From the NCBI GenBank assembly GCA_043803945.1, contig JAZDJN010000012.1, positions 1 to 64,000 of the forward strand: a stretch of 64,000 nt of DNA, in the 5' to 3' direction. Positions 47,918 through 58,034 of the stretch are shown here, one piece after another. Made by a program: the position numbers and the translations under genes. Origin of the DNA: a bacterium (GTDB taxonomy: Bacteria > Bacteroidota > Ignavibacteria > UBA10030). Position 1 is the stretch's first letter. Every line of letters starts with the position of its first letter. The notes under the pieces were generated by a model. That model ran no database searches. It was not told where the DNA came from and saw nothing but the letters and a program-made list of their open reading frames with translations.

Positions 47918-48892
47918 TCACTTCGTGAATTCCAATTGAAGAACAATCGGGAAATGATCCGAATACCCATTCCTGTCGTAGGATATCTTTTGTGCCGGCC
48001 GGCCGAACCGGCGAGGTGTACCGTTTCGTTTCTGCATGGCTTTCGTACGATAGATGGTTACACCTTCGGGGTGAAGCGTTAGAGGAGAATCCTTCTTGAG
48101 AAATTCTTTCGTCACCATACATTGATCGAGCATGTTCCACTCGGATCCATAGTAGAACGTCCCAGAAGGTACCGTGGACATCAACGGCCACATACAATTC
48201 CAGAAGAGTGGATTCTTTGCACGCACAACCTGCTTTGGATCTCTCTTTGCGAGAAGGTATTCTTGAATCGACCGATTGAACGGTTCATCATTAAAATCTC
48301 CCATCAGCAGTACGGGGAATGGTAGTTGGCTGCCTGTGGTGAGATGTTGATGAGAGAGCAGATAGCTGACAGTCTCAGCGGTGAGCATACGGAATGGTTC
48401 TGTTTCATACTGACCGCCGGACCGCGAGGGCCAGTGATTCCCCGCAACAATGAATGAAGTGCCGGTTATTCGATGTGTTATTGTTGTCCAGAAAATATCA
48501 CGCGTTGCCGACCGCTTAATGATAGAGTGAAATCCCGTGTTCGAGCACGAGAGGATTTTCTTATCGTAGATGAAAGAGATTTCGATACCCCGGAGATCTT
48601 CCGTATCATGCGTCAAAACAGCGTACGATCTATCGGGCAATGTGAGCCGATCAACGAGAAGTTGCACGACCTCTTCGTTTTCAACTTCGCATATTCCAAG
48701 AAAATCAGGCCCCTGATTTTCAAACATTGATGAGATGACAGATGCAAGCTGGTCGAGTTTGCGGTCGCGAACCTGAACGGTCCAGCCCTTTAGTTCATTC
48801 TGCAACCTCCGTGCAAGATCAGGATGCCTCGATGCATCTTTATGATCAAACAGGTTTTCTACATTCCACCAGGCAAGTCGTATAAGACCCAT
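47918..48892 (-). CDS. Endonuclease/exonuclease/phosphatase family protein
   Basis: WNVENLFD, CEVEN, NHWPSR, MGDFNDEP, SDHFP. Confidence 0.9.
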   Translation of the reverse strand: MGLIRLAWWNVENLFDHKDASRHPDLARRLQNELKGWTVQVRDRKLDQLASVISSMFENQGPDFLGICEVENEEVVQLLVDRLTLPDRSYAVLTHDTEDLRGIEISFIYDKKILSCSNTGFHSIIKRSATRDIFWTTITHRITGTSFIVAGNHWPSRSGGQYETEPFRMLTAETVSYLLSHQHLTTGSQLPFPVLLMGDFNDEPFNRSIQEYLLAKRDPKQVVRAKNPLFWNCMWPLMSTVPSGTFYYGSEWNMLDQCMVTKEFLKKDSPLTLHPEGVTIYRTKAMQKRNGTPRRFGRPAQKISYDRNGYSDHFPIVLQLEFTK

Positions 48893-49246
48893 AGAATCGC
48901 CCTCCAGAAATGATCGGAAAGACGCTGAGGAGGAGGGGGCAATAACTCGTTCCTCTACGTGATGTCACTTCAAATCAACCGAAGACGCGCAGTAGACGGT
49001 CATACCTTTCAGGCACTAGAATATGAGAGATGCAAGGTACGGCTGAAGGATTGTTGGCGAGTTCGATACAGCGGTAAGGCTATGACGCATATATGCTAAA
49101 ATTCGCCACAAACCTCGCGCTAATATTAGCTAATTTTAAAAGTGTTGTCAAGAACTTTTTTTCACTTTTGAGGATATTACAGGAGTAACCAGTATCTTTG
49201 AGCCAACAACCACTTCTCACTACGATATTCATCGAGGAAGACAGCC

Positions 49247-49969
49247 ATGTGTGGACGGTACGCCCTGACTAAAACACAGCGGGATATCGAATCAGAAGAA
49301 CTCTTTAGCCATATCCGGTCCGTTGACGTCGCATTTGATCAGCTTCCCCACTATAATATCTCGCCAATGCAGAAAGCCCCTGTCATTGCTATACGGGATG
49401 GTGAGCTTGTCCTCCAGAATATGCAGTGGTGGCTGATACCACACTGGTCGAAATCGAATAAACCCTCGTTCTCGACCTTCAATGCAAAATCCGAAACGCT
49501 CGACCAGAGTAAGCTCTTCGTCAGCTACTTCAAAGGAAGCCGGTGCCTTGTTCCTGCCGATGCGTTCTACGAGTGGCAAAAGGTAGCCGTTTCCTCATCT
49601 GAAAAACCGCAGAAGAAGAAAGAAGAGAAACAGCCCTGCTGCATCCGGATGAAGGACGAATCATTGTTTATGTTTGCCGGCTTGTTTTCAGTCTGGAAGG
49701 ATGCCGAAGGGCATGAACTTCCGACCTTTACGATTCTTACAACAGAACCGAACGACCTTATGCGCCCCATCCACAACCGGATGCCCGTTATCCTTCCCCC
49801 CGATCAGTACGAACCATGGTTAGACAGAACGAACAAGGATATCGAGACACTCAAAAAGAGTCTTGTCCCGTACGCACCTGACAAGATGAAGGCTTACCAC
49901 ATCTCTAACCTTGTGAATTCACCGAAGAATGATTCAGCGGAATGTTTGCATACCGTGGAAAAAGACTAG
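49247..49969 (+). CDS. SRAP (YedK/HMCES-like) abasic-site protein
   Basis: MCGRY, FNAKSE, FYEW, IHNRMPVIL. Confidence 0.93.
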   Translation: MCGRYALTKTQRDIESEELFSHIRSVDVAFDQLPHYNISPMQKAPVIAIRDGELVLQNMQWWLIPHWSKSNKPSFSTFNAKSETLDQSKLFVSYFKGSRCLVPADAFYEWQKVAVSSSEKPQKKKEEKQPCCIRMKDESLFMFAGLFSVWKDAEGHELPTFTILTTEPNDLMRPIHNRMPVILPPDQYEPWLDRTNKDIETLKKSLVPYAPDKMKAYHISNLVNSPKNDSAECLHTVEKD

Positions 49970-49976
49970 GAACCTA

Positions 49977-50897
49977 CTAACGCGGTGGCCGGAAGAGTTC
50001 GGGTTCAACACGCTCACCGGGCATGCTGATGGCTTCCAGGAGAGGAAAGGCTTGTAACGTTGTTGCGGGAACAATCACTCGTTGATCATTTTGCAGCCGA
50101 TAGCGCAGTTGTAAACCGTTGACAACGGAATTTGCTTTTGGATCGTTGTGAAATACGGCGAAGCGCGTGTGAGCGACCTTAAGAATGGACTCAATCCTTT
50201 TGGTAATATCGCTAAGTTCTTGTGCGGAGTAGAAATAGTCATACCGCTCCCCCTCCCCTTTCCGATCCCATGTCCTGGCATTTCTTCCCATCATACGAAA
50301 GTACGCGAAGCCATCCCATGCCGATTTCCGAAAAGGCATGTGCTGCTTGATTTTCGGCAAATCGACATTGACGAGATGGAAGTTCTGTTCCTGGAAGAAA
50401 GAGGTCAGATCACTTTTATTCCATGAGTTGTTCCGGAGCTCGAGGAAGAGAGTGTGCTCACCGAATGTCCTGCTGAGTTTTTGAAGATACTCCTGCCGCT
50501 CGCTCGTTCGGGTAAATGAATACGGAAACTGAATGACAACGCCCCCGAGTTTGCTATCTGCCGCAAGCGGTTCGAGCATGCGCAGAACCGCAGTAACATC
50601 TCTGAGCGTTGCGTCGAATGTATGAGTGAATCCACGAAACAATTTTACAGTGAAGATGAATTGCTCGTTCGATGCAACATCGATCAACCACCGTTTTGAT
50701 TGCCGTGCAGAGAGCGAGGTATTATAGAAGGTTGCATTCACTTCCACCATGTCGAAGAATTGAGAATAAAATTCGAGCTTTCGAAAGTCCTTTGCCTGCC
50801 TGGCCGGATAGAATCGTCCGTCAAACGGCGGCAAATCCCACCCACCCATACCGACATAGACGACTGGTCGTTCAGAACTTTTACTGGAAGTAATCAC
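49977..50897 (-). CDS. DUF72 (YecE-like) protein
   Basis: VGMGGW, VEVNATFY, QFPYSF, ELRNNSW, YFRMMGRN, RYDYFYS. Confidence 0.9.
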   Translation of the reverse strand: MITSSKSSERPVVYVGMGGWDLPPFDGRFYPARQAKDFRKLEFYSQFFDMVEVNATFYNTSLSARQSKRWLIDVASNEQFIFTVKLFRGFTHTFDATLRDVTAVLRMLEPLAADSKLGGVVIQFPYSFTRTSERQEYLQKLSRTFGEHTLFLELRNNSWNKSDLTSFFQEQNFHLVNVDLPKIKQHMPFRKSAWDGFAYFRMMGRNARTWDRKGEGERYDYFYSAQELSDITKRIESILKVAHTRFAVFHNDPKANSVVNGLQLRYRLQNDQRVIVPATTLQAFPLLEAISMPGERVEPELFRPPR

Positions 50898-50943
50898 GGG
50901 ATATGGTATGTTGTAAAAATATGGTAAACCCGGCCGTTCCCCT

Positions 50944-52266
50944 TCACTCTGAAGCCTGTTCTTTCGGAGATGCAGGTAATGGATGTCGATGGACTCGCAC
51001 TTTCTCTATAACCCGGTCTTTCACCTGCTCAACAGTAAACTCCGTGCTGTTGACGTGAATGGTCTCTCCTTTTTCAGGAATATGACCCAGGTTTTCAATG
51101 ACGAATCCGCCTATGGAGAGAATATCCTTCGGCGATAACTCTCTGTCGATTAACCGTTCCACATCGTTCGTCGTCAGGGTTGCATCGACAATATACTCGC
51201 TCTCACTGATCTTGATAATATCAGGCGACTCCCGATCGTATTCATCCTGTATCGTTCCTACCAATTCTTCCAGAACATTCTCGAGTGTCACCAGTCCCGC
51301 GGTTCCTCCATACTCATCGGCAAGGAACACCATATGCGTTTTCCGTTGCAACATGGTCTCCAACACCTTTTCGAGTTTTGCCGTTTCGGGTAAGAACACC
51401 GCATCGCGCTGCACCGATTCGAGCGAAAAGCCCGGCTGGTGATCCTTTTCATACTTGAAAATATCCTTGGTGTAGACGATACCAATAATATTGTCAATGG
51501 TTTCCTTATAGATCGGGTAGCGAGAAAATTTATTGGCACGCATGGTCGCCAGGTTATCCTGAATGAGTGCAGTGATAGAAAGCGCTACGATTGACGGACG
51601 AGGAATCATTGTATGCTTCGCCAGCTTTCGGCGAAAATCCATCGCGTTCAATACCAAATTCCGGTTTGTGACCGTCACCCGCTTATCCTGAGACAACAGG
51701 ATGCGTAATTCCTCTTCCGAGTGCATCAGCTCAGACTCACTGACTACTCTGAATCCTAAAATCTTTAAAATGGCATTCGCAACGGAATTCAACGACCAAA
51801 TAATCGGCCGAAAAGCCAGGTAGAAGAGGCGTAGAGGGTAAGCGACCCACAGGGTTGTATGCTGTGCTTTCTGGATTGCAAGCGACTTCGGAGCTAATTC
51901 CCCTAGTATGATGTGAAGGAATGTAATGATGGAGAATCCGATCCCAAAAGACACGCCATGGACAATCTCTTCCTTTACTACTCCCACCTCAATAAGAACA
52001 GGGCGGACGTGGCTTGCGACAAACGGTTCACCGAGCCAACCGAGAGCGAGGCTCGTAATTGTAATTCCCAGTTGAGTTGCTGAAAGGTAAGAATCTAAAT
52101 GGCTGATAATTTCTTTCGAAATTTTCGCGCGAAAATCACCCTTAGCAACGAGGGGATCAATTTGCGTTGCGCGTACTTTTACTATTGCAAACTCAGCCGC
52201 GACAAAAAAACCATTGAGGAATACAAAAAAGAAGACGATAAATATTTCTGTGATTATTGTCCACAT
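50944..52266 (-). CDS. TlyC/CNNM hemolysin-family protein (CBS, CorC)
   Basis: NGFFVAAEFA, QLGITITSLALGW, GELAPK, DEYGGTAG. Confidence 0.93.
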   Translation of the reverse strand: MWTIITEIFIVFFFVFLNGFFVAAEFAIVKVRATQIDPLVAKGDFRAKISKEIISHLDSYLSATQLGITITSLALGWLGEPFVASHVRPVLIEVGVVKEEIVHGVSFGIGFSIITFLHIILGELAPKSLAIQKAQHTTLWVAYPLRLFYLAFRPIIWSLNSVANAILKILGFRVVSESELMHSEEELRILLSQDKRVTVTNRNLVLNAMDFRRKLAKHTMIPRPSIVALSITALIQDNLATMRANKFSRYPIYKETIDNIIGIVYTKDIFKYEKDHQPGFSLESVQRDAVFLPETAKLEKVLETMLQRKTHMVFLADEYGGTAGLVTLENVLEELVGTIQDEYDRESPDIIKISESEYIVDATLTTNDVERLIDRELSPKDILSIGGFVIENLGHIPEKGETIHVNSTEFTVEQVKDRVIEKVRVHRHPLPASPKEQASE

Positions 52267-52483
52267 GCCCGATATTGTTTGGTGTGTTCACTTGTGTTAA
52301 TATACCCTTTAATCGAGAGCTGTTCAAGATAAGCTTCTCTCCTGAAGATCGAATGCACTCAAAGTGTTGATTTTTGAAAAATTTCGCCGGAGTAATTTCC
52401 ATACTCCAAGGGATGAAACAGTAGCAATAAGGGGAAGAGTGAACGAAATTATTGTTGCAGGGAATCTACTCCCAAGAGCCGTA

Positions 52484-55366
52484 CTATTTTCTCAATTGCT
52501 CTGAAATCCAGCCCAGGTACGATTCCATTTTGGCGAGAAAATTGAGATAGGCTGTCGACCATTCAGTTGGGTTGGCAGGCTGGGATTTTCCGAGACATTC
52601 CTGGAACACTTTTGAAACCGATGTTGCAATTTTGTGCTTCCCTTCCTCGATTGCTGCTTCGACATCAGAGGAGTAGAATGCTTTCAGGCTATTGATATCC
52701 CATCGGACACGTGTCTCGGGTGCATTTTTAGCGAAGAACGATAAATCTGTCTTGTTACCCCCCGACATTTCGAAGATGAGAAGATTCCATTTTTCCATAA
52801 TCTTTCTAAACTCATCTTCATTCTGGCAATTATCCATCGGCAGCCGCGCAATAGCAAGCTCGGTTAACAGGGAATGCCTGAAGAGAAGATCGCCTCCGAT
52901 CGTTTGAGAAAGAAGGTTCACATCTTTTTTCATCCCCAAAACCCGATATACTGCAAAATACGTTTCCCGTTCAAAATTTCTGCCTGTTTGTTGCGGCTTC
53001 GCGGGCTGCTGCTTCGCCATCATTTTCATTTTCATGGCAAGCTCGGCATCAACCTTAGCTGGCGGTGCAGGCTCCTGCAGTACAGAATCCTCCGTTGCCT
53101 TCCCTCTCGTTGCGGATCGGGTCCCTTCGAGGATCGCCAGGCGTTTATCCCAATCGATCCCATCAAACTGTTTCGAGGCATCTGTAAATATTGGATTCGG
53201 ATCGGCCTGAGCTTGCAGCAACAATAACATTCTTGTTAACAGCCGGTCTTTATAAATATTCTTGAAATGTGAGAGATTTGCCACGATGTACAAATCTTCC
53301 TCAACGCAGGAAAAGACCGAGTTGAGGATTCGTGCGAGGCGATGCTCGCCGACCTTTCGATCGTCTATCTGCCTGAGTGTATAATCCAGACCCGCTACAG
53401 TTGTATCGAAGATGACGGCTTTCTTGCGGCGGTTGCGGAACGATTGGGGAGTGCCAACTTCTACATTCCGAAGGCCATTCAAGCGCAACTGAAGCTTCGC
53501 AAAGAGCGTGGAGCCCGAAAACGGCACGATTATTCCGACATCCGCTGCAACACGCTGCGGGATCATTAACGCATGCTTCGTAAACTCAACCGATCGCTTC
53601 ATTTGAACTTCATTGAAGGGGATGATTTTTTTCCGCCCGATGTACTGCTTGCAGTTGTGGCCAATTTCACTGGTATCAATAAAATAAATTTTCCCTTTTG
53701 CATGAGGCGAAACAAAAACATTAATCTTATCATCGAAGAGAACAGATGAGACAAAAAGAGACAATTTCGGTGTTGTTGCAAAATGGGATGCAAGGAAAAT
53801 ACACCATTGGGAATTTTGTTGAGCCCAATCGAACAATTTCTGCAGCTTATCGGTCCCGGAAACATGGAGGAAGATGTCCTGCTGCAACCAGGTCTGTGCG
53901 AGGTCACTGTTGGAGAATGATTCTGGGCCAAGCTGGAAGGGATCTCCTGCAACAACCATTCGATCCTGGGCAATCATGGAGAGGGCTGCAAGCGACGGCA
54001 TCTGGATCGTTTCTGCATCATCGACAATCACAAGGTCGAATTGCATGTTGTGCATCCGCGGATCGGAGAGTGCCGTTGAAACCGTAGAAGCAACAAATCG
54101 TTTTGATTGTAGCAGGGCAATCTCATCGATAGCGATAAACTCTTCAATGCTGTTCCCCACCTTTTGGATACCGCCAAGCTCATTAATGCGCTTCAATGCA
54201 GCGTTAAATTCACGAATCTCTTCGCTGGGAATTGGGGTTTGCGCTTCAAGCTTGACAAGTTCTTTTGTCAATGTTTGCTGCATCAGTTGCTGTTTTTTCA
54301 GCGATGCTTGTTTTTCCGCAAATTGTTTCTGGGCATTGGCAAGCTCTTCTTTGTAACTCTTTTTGAGTTTCTCGAGCATAGAGGCATTCTGCGCACGGGT
54401 GATCGTATCCTTATGACCCGAAATTTCTTCCTGGAGTTTCTCTACCAGTTTCTTATTCTCGTTGGATCGATCCCGGAAGTCTTGCAGTTTTGCGTAGTAG
54501 TCTTCATATAAAAATTGCTGGATTTTCGTTTTCCAAAACTTCTGGAGAAGGGTTACACGCTCCTGAAATACTTTTTTCTTTTCGCTTTTCTTTGTGCCAA
54601 TTTCAGAATCGAGGCATATCTTGGTGAGTTCCTCTAACTGATAATTCACCGGATACCCGACACGGGTAAATAGCTCCGGTTTGACGAAATCGAGATTTTT
54701 GCTTTCAGTGACCACCCTGAGAATCATTTGATCGACAGTTTCACTCGTTGGAGAAACGAAGAGCACACGTTTCCCCGCTTTTAAATAATTAAGCGCCGCT
54801 ACAGCCAGAACGTGGGTTTTTCCAGAACGAATCATGCCCCAAACATATGAGACGCGATGCTTAAAAATCTTCTGCAATGCCTCTTGCTGCTCGGGGGGAG
54901 TTATAGGGGTCGCTGCCGGCTGGAATGTGGCAGGAAAATGGTTATCCGGCGCTGCCGGCTGAAAGAGGAACGATGCAACCGTCTGCGATACGGTAGCGCT
55001 TTTCAGTTTCTCAATAATCGGTTTGAGATGATCTTCATGATTCCACACACAGCGGATCTCTGGAAGCAACTGGCCAAAATCGATCGGAAGCGCTATCGTG
55101 AGATATTGGTTGTGTTGAGCCACAATCCAACCGTTGATTGTTACCGATTGTAATTGGCTGAAGATAAAGGAGGCGCGTTCAATCTCGTTAAGGTAAATTT
55201 CTTCCGGGATTTCAAAACGATAATAGAAGTGCTCGGCAAAGGCACCGAGATATTCACCGCTGAACAGGGTGAGTTCTTTTCTCTCTGTCCTTAGTTGGTC
55301 GGATTCAGCCTGAAGAGCTGCGGCAAGAGTACTCTGGAGTTGTCCGTTCTCTGATTCTTGGGCCAT
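52484..55366 (-). CDS. UPF1/DNA2-like SF1 helicase-fold protein with coiled coil and degenerate motifs
   Basis: GMIRSGKT, IVDDAE, GDPFQLGP, VGIIVPF. Confidence 0.75.
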   Translation of the reverse strand: MAQESENGQLQSTLAAALQAESDQLRTERKELTLFSGEYLGAFAEHFYYRFEIPEEIYLNEIERASFIFSQLQSVTINGWIVAQHNQYLTIALPIDFGQLLPEIRCVWNHEDHLKPIIEKLKSATVSQTVASFLFQPAAPDNHFPATFQPAATPITPPEQQEALQKIFKHRVSYVWGMIRSGKTHVLAVAALNYLKAGKRVLFVSPTSETVDQMILRVVTESKNLDFVKPELFTRVGYPVNYQLEELTKICLDSEIGTKKSEKKKVFQERVTLLQKFWKTKIQQFLYEDYYAKLQDFRDRSNENKKLVEKLQEEISGHKDTITRAQNASMLEKLKKSYKEELANAQKQFAEKQASLKKQQLMQQTLTKELVKLEAQTPIPSEEIREFNAALKRINELGGIQKVGNSIEEFIAIDEIALLQSKRFVASTVSTALSDPRMHNMQFDLVIVDDAETIQMPSLAALSMIAQDRMVVAGDPFQLGPESFSNSDLAQTWLQQDIFLHVSGTDKLQKLFDWAQQNSQWCIFLASHFATTPKLSLFVSSVLFDDKINVFVSPHAKGKIYFIDTSEIGHNCKQYIGRKKIIPFNEVQMKRSVEFTKHALMIPQRVAADVGIIVPFSGSTLFAKLQLRLNGLRNVEVGTPQSFRNRRKKAVIFDTTVAGLDYTLRQIDDRKVGEHRLARILNSVFSCVEEDLYIVANLSHFKNIYKDRLLTRMLLLLQAQADPNPIFTDASKQFDGIDWDKRLAILEGTRSATRGKATEDSVLQEPAPPAKVDAELAMKMKMMAKQQPAKPQQTGRNFERETYFAVYRVLGMKKDVNLLSQTIGGDLLFRHSLLTELAIARLPMDNCQNEDEFRKIMEKWNLLIFEMSGGNKTDLSFFAKNAPETRVRWDINSLKAFYSSDVEAAIEEGKHKIATSVSKVFQECLGKSQPANPTEWSTAYLNFLAKMESYLGWISEQLRK

Positions 55367-55638
55367 GGGGACACGGGGTTAAGCATTCCATCCCAAGTAA
55401 ATCACTCGGAATTGCCTCGGACTGGATGCTGCTTTATTCTTCCTTCGGTTATTGATTTGCTTACGTCGATGAAATCTACAAGAATTCACCTAAAAAACCA
55501 ACCGTTCATAAAAATAATTCGATGCTTCCCATTTCCGTTTCAGCATGAACCGGCAAGAACGATCGGGTGATCTGTTGGAATGCAGAGAATTCAGGTTACA
55601 GGGGAACATGAGGAAGGTTTTTGGTAATGCGCTGTTCT

Positions 55639-55812
55639 CTACGGTTTATCGGGCAGTTCTTCGAATGCGTCGCCAAACAACTCATCGGCCACCGCCGAGG
55701 AATCGAAAAAGCTATTAAACTCTGTGCCGATTAACCGCTTTCTTCTATAGTAGAGCGCCAGCACCGAAATCGTCAGGCCAGCAAGCAAACCGATGATGAC
55801 ATATTTTTTCAT
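55639..55812 (-). CDS. 57-aa single-TM protein (below ORF-track cutoff)
   Basis: GGAG RBS; MKKYVIIGLLAGLTISVLALYYRRKR... Confidence 0.65.
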   Translation of the reverse strand: MKKYVIIGLLAGLTISVLALYYRRKRLIGTEFNSFFDSSAVADELFGDAFEELPDKP

Positions 55813-55942
55813 TCAATTCTCCGTGTAAAGTATCGCGTACGTATTGATTGATAAGGCTATGAGAATATATATTTTTAGGAGAACTTGTTCTACGCTTCCA
55901 GAATTAAAAATCCTCAATGATTCTTTCAGAATCCAAAGGAGT

Positions 55943-56000
55943 AAAAAAAAGAATCCGATTACCTCAATTGCAAATCAATGGGAGGCAACCGGATTCTTTT
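55943..56000 (-). terminator. Intrinsic terminator after the Hc1-like gene
   Basis: aaaagaatccg...cggattctttt with A8 tract. Confidence 0.7.
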
Positions 56001-56024
56001 CGGATCAAGAATCTAACTCCCTCT

Positions 56025-56243
56025 TTAGTTTGTTGATTGCTCTTCAGTCTCGGGGGTTTCGGTACCTGTCATCTTTGCTTTAACATCTTGTACTTCGTTA
56101 CGAATATCCTGTGCTTTTCGTTTCAATGTTGCCATGTGTTTCCGTACGCGCGTACCGGCAGATTTGTTGCCCTTCACGAAGAATTTTTCGAAATCCTTTT
56201 GAAATGTTTGAATAAGATCCAATAATTCTTGATGACGATTCAT
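56025..56243 (-). CDS. Histone H1-like (Hc1-type) small basic protein
   Basis: DFEKFFVKGNKSAGTRVRKHM..LK..AQDIR. Confidence 0.85.
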   Translation of the reverse strand: MNRHQELLDLIQTFQKDFEKFFVKGNKSAGTRVRKHMATLKRKAQDIRNEVQDVKAKMTGTETPETEEQSTN

Positions 56244-56852
56244 CGGAGAATTCCTTTCTATTGATATGATGATTGTACTAAATCGTTTCTATCATTTAAC
56301 CGAGTACTACAATTCACTTTGGGCCAAGTAGGAAATATTCCTTCCTCTTGCCAAACTTCCCCCGTTTGTCGACCTCACAACCATGGCAAGCTTATCATAC
56401 TTCATCAAATCCTGAAAGCAGTGGTTCCATTGATAATTCCAAGATCCATGTTGCAATACCATTATCACGGCCTAATCATTGTCACTTACCAAAGCTTTCA
56501 ACTTTCACTGCTCAATCACCACCGGTTTAGTAAAATTATCAATTTTCGATGGTGGTTTTTTCACCATTTTGAGCAAATATGAGTGATTGGAGTAACTTGC
56601 TACTTTTCGTGATTAGCAATATTTCAAAGAAGATATCGAAAACAATCCAATTTTCAGGGGAAATATAAAGAAAAAGCTAAGGAAATCAAATGAAATTCTT
56701 AATCTAGAAGTAGTTAGTCCCTTGTGCTTCTTTTTGATGATCTTCTCTCGGAATGAATGACCCTGCGGCATGCCATAGGGAATTATCAAGTCAAAAAACC
56801 ATTTTGGCTTGAATTTGTTTACTTCCTGTTCTTGAGCGCAAACTACTGCCCG

Positions 56853-57611
56853 TTATCCAAAGAGTATGCTTCCACCATTAACATTCAGAACAGCACCAAC
56901 CATGTGGTTGGAAAGATCTGAAGCGAGAAACAGTACTGGACCGGCAATATCATCAGGAGAGCCTACGCACCCTCGCGGGATAAGTCGATTGATTTCATCC
57001 TGCATCTCCGGATTGGATAACACATGGGAAACCATGTCAGTGTCGACCCACCCCGGCGAGACACAATTAACATTAATACCATCCCCAGCTAATTCAGCAG
57101 CTATGGATTTGGAAAAGGCGATTAGTCCACCTTTCGATGCAGCATAGTGGGAATAGTACGCCTCCCCTCGCTGACCTGCAGTGCTGGCAATATTAATAAT
57201 TTTGCCATTGTGCTGCTTTTTCATCAAGGGCGCCACTTCTTTGCAGAAGAGAAACACACTCTTAAGATTTATATCCATCGTTTCGTGCCATTGTCTCTCA
57301 GTTATTGAACTGATTGGTCCTCGTTTCCAAATACCTGCATTATTCACAAGAATATCAATCTTCCCGAAATGGTTCAGAACTATCTTTATTGCTTTATCAA
57401 CTTCTTTCTTCTCAGAGACATTGGTTTTTATGATCAGACATTCGCCCCCTTGGCTGGCAATCTTGTATGCTGTTTCCCGTGCTTTCTGCAATTTGGTATT
57501 ATAGGTGATCGCCACACGTGCCCCAGCTTTGGACAAGTGAAGCGCAACTGCCGCACCAATTCCACGTGACCCTCCTGTAACCAAAGCCGTCTTACCCGAT
57601 AGATCGATCAT
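56853..57611 (-). CDS. SDR family oxidoreductase (FabG-like)
   Basis: TGGSRGIG, NNAG, YAASK, PGWVDT. Confidence 0.92.
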   Translation of the reverse strand: MIDLSGKTALVTGGSRGIGAAVALHLSKAGARVAITYNTKLQKARETAYKIASQGGECLIIKTNVSEKKEVDKAIKIVLNHFGKIDILVNNAGIWKRGPISSITERQWHETMDINLKSVFLFCKEVAPLMKKQHNGKIINIASTAGQRGEAYYSHYAASKGGLIAFSKSIAAELAGDGINVNCVSPGWVDTDMVSHVLSNPEMQDEINRLIPRGCVGSPDDIAGPVLFLASDLSNHMVGAVLNVNGGSILFG

Positions 57612-57761
57612 TTTACCCCCTATGTACTTGAAGAACTAATAATTTCTGAACAGAACCTTCTCTGTTGTTATATTGTTAATAATTTAAAATATGCTGATCT
57701 TATTTACAAGAAATTATCCGTTTCTGGAAAATAGACGGCTTTGTATGGATGAGAGAAAGGA

Positions 57762-58025
57762 TTGATCCGGACAATAATGACAAAAATAGGTTTTCCCCTA
57801 GACCAGGTGAGGAAAGGCAGCCAAGTCATTATTGTTGAACTACCTCAAGATAAGCACCAGGCAAAGCTAATCCGATTGGGGCTCCATAAAGGGCAGACGA
57901 TCAAGTGCCTGGAAAAATTACCAGGCGGCACCATTATCATCCAAAAATCAAGGCAAGAAATTGCCCTTGGAGTATCTCTTGCACGGACAATCCTCGTAGC
58001 ATATACCCATACTGAACATCGATAG
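57762..58025 (+). CDS. feoA: FeoA family protein
   Basis: KLIRLGL..G, IALG..LA; upstream of feoB. Confidence 0.85.
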   Translation: MIRTIMTKIGFPLDQVRKGSQVIIVELPQDKHQAKLIRLGLHKGQTIKCLEKLPGGTIIIQKSRQEIALGVSLARTILVAYTHTEHR

Positions 58026-58034
58026 GTGTATTGA

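Noticed and set aside
49080-49246. GACA-N4-TGTC operator upstream of SRAP
   Set aside because: Only a tgtcaa half-site, better explained as the -35 box of the divergent gene
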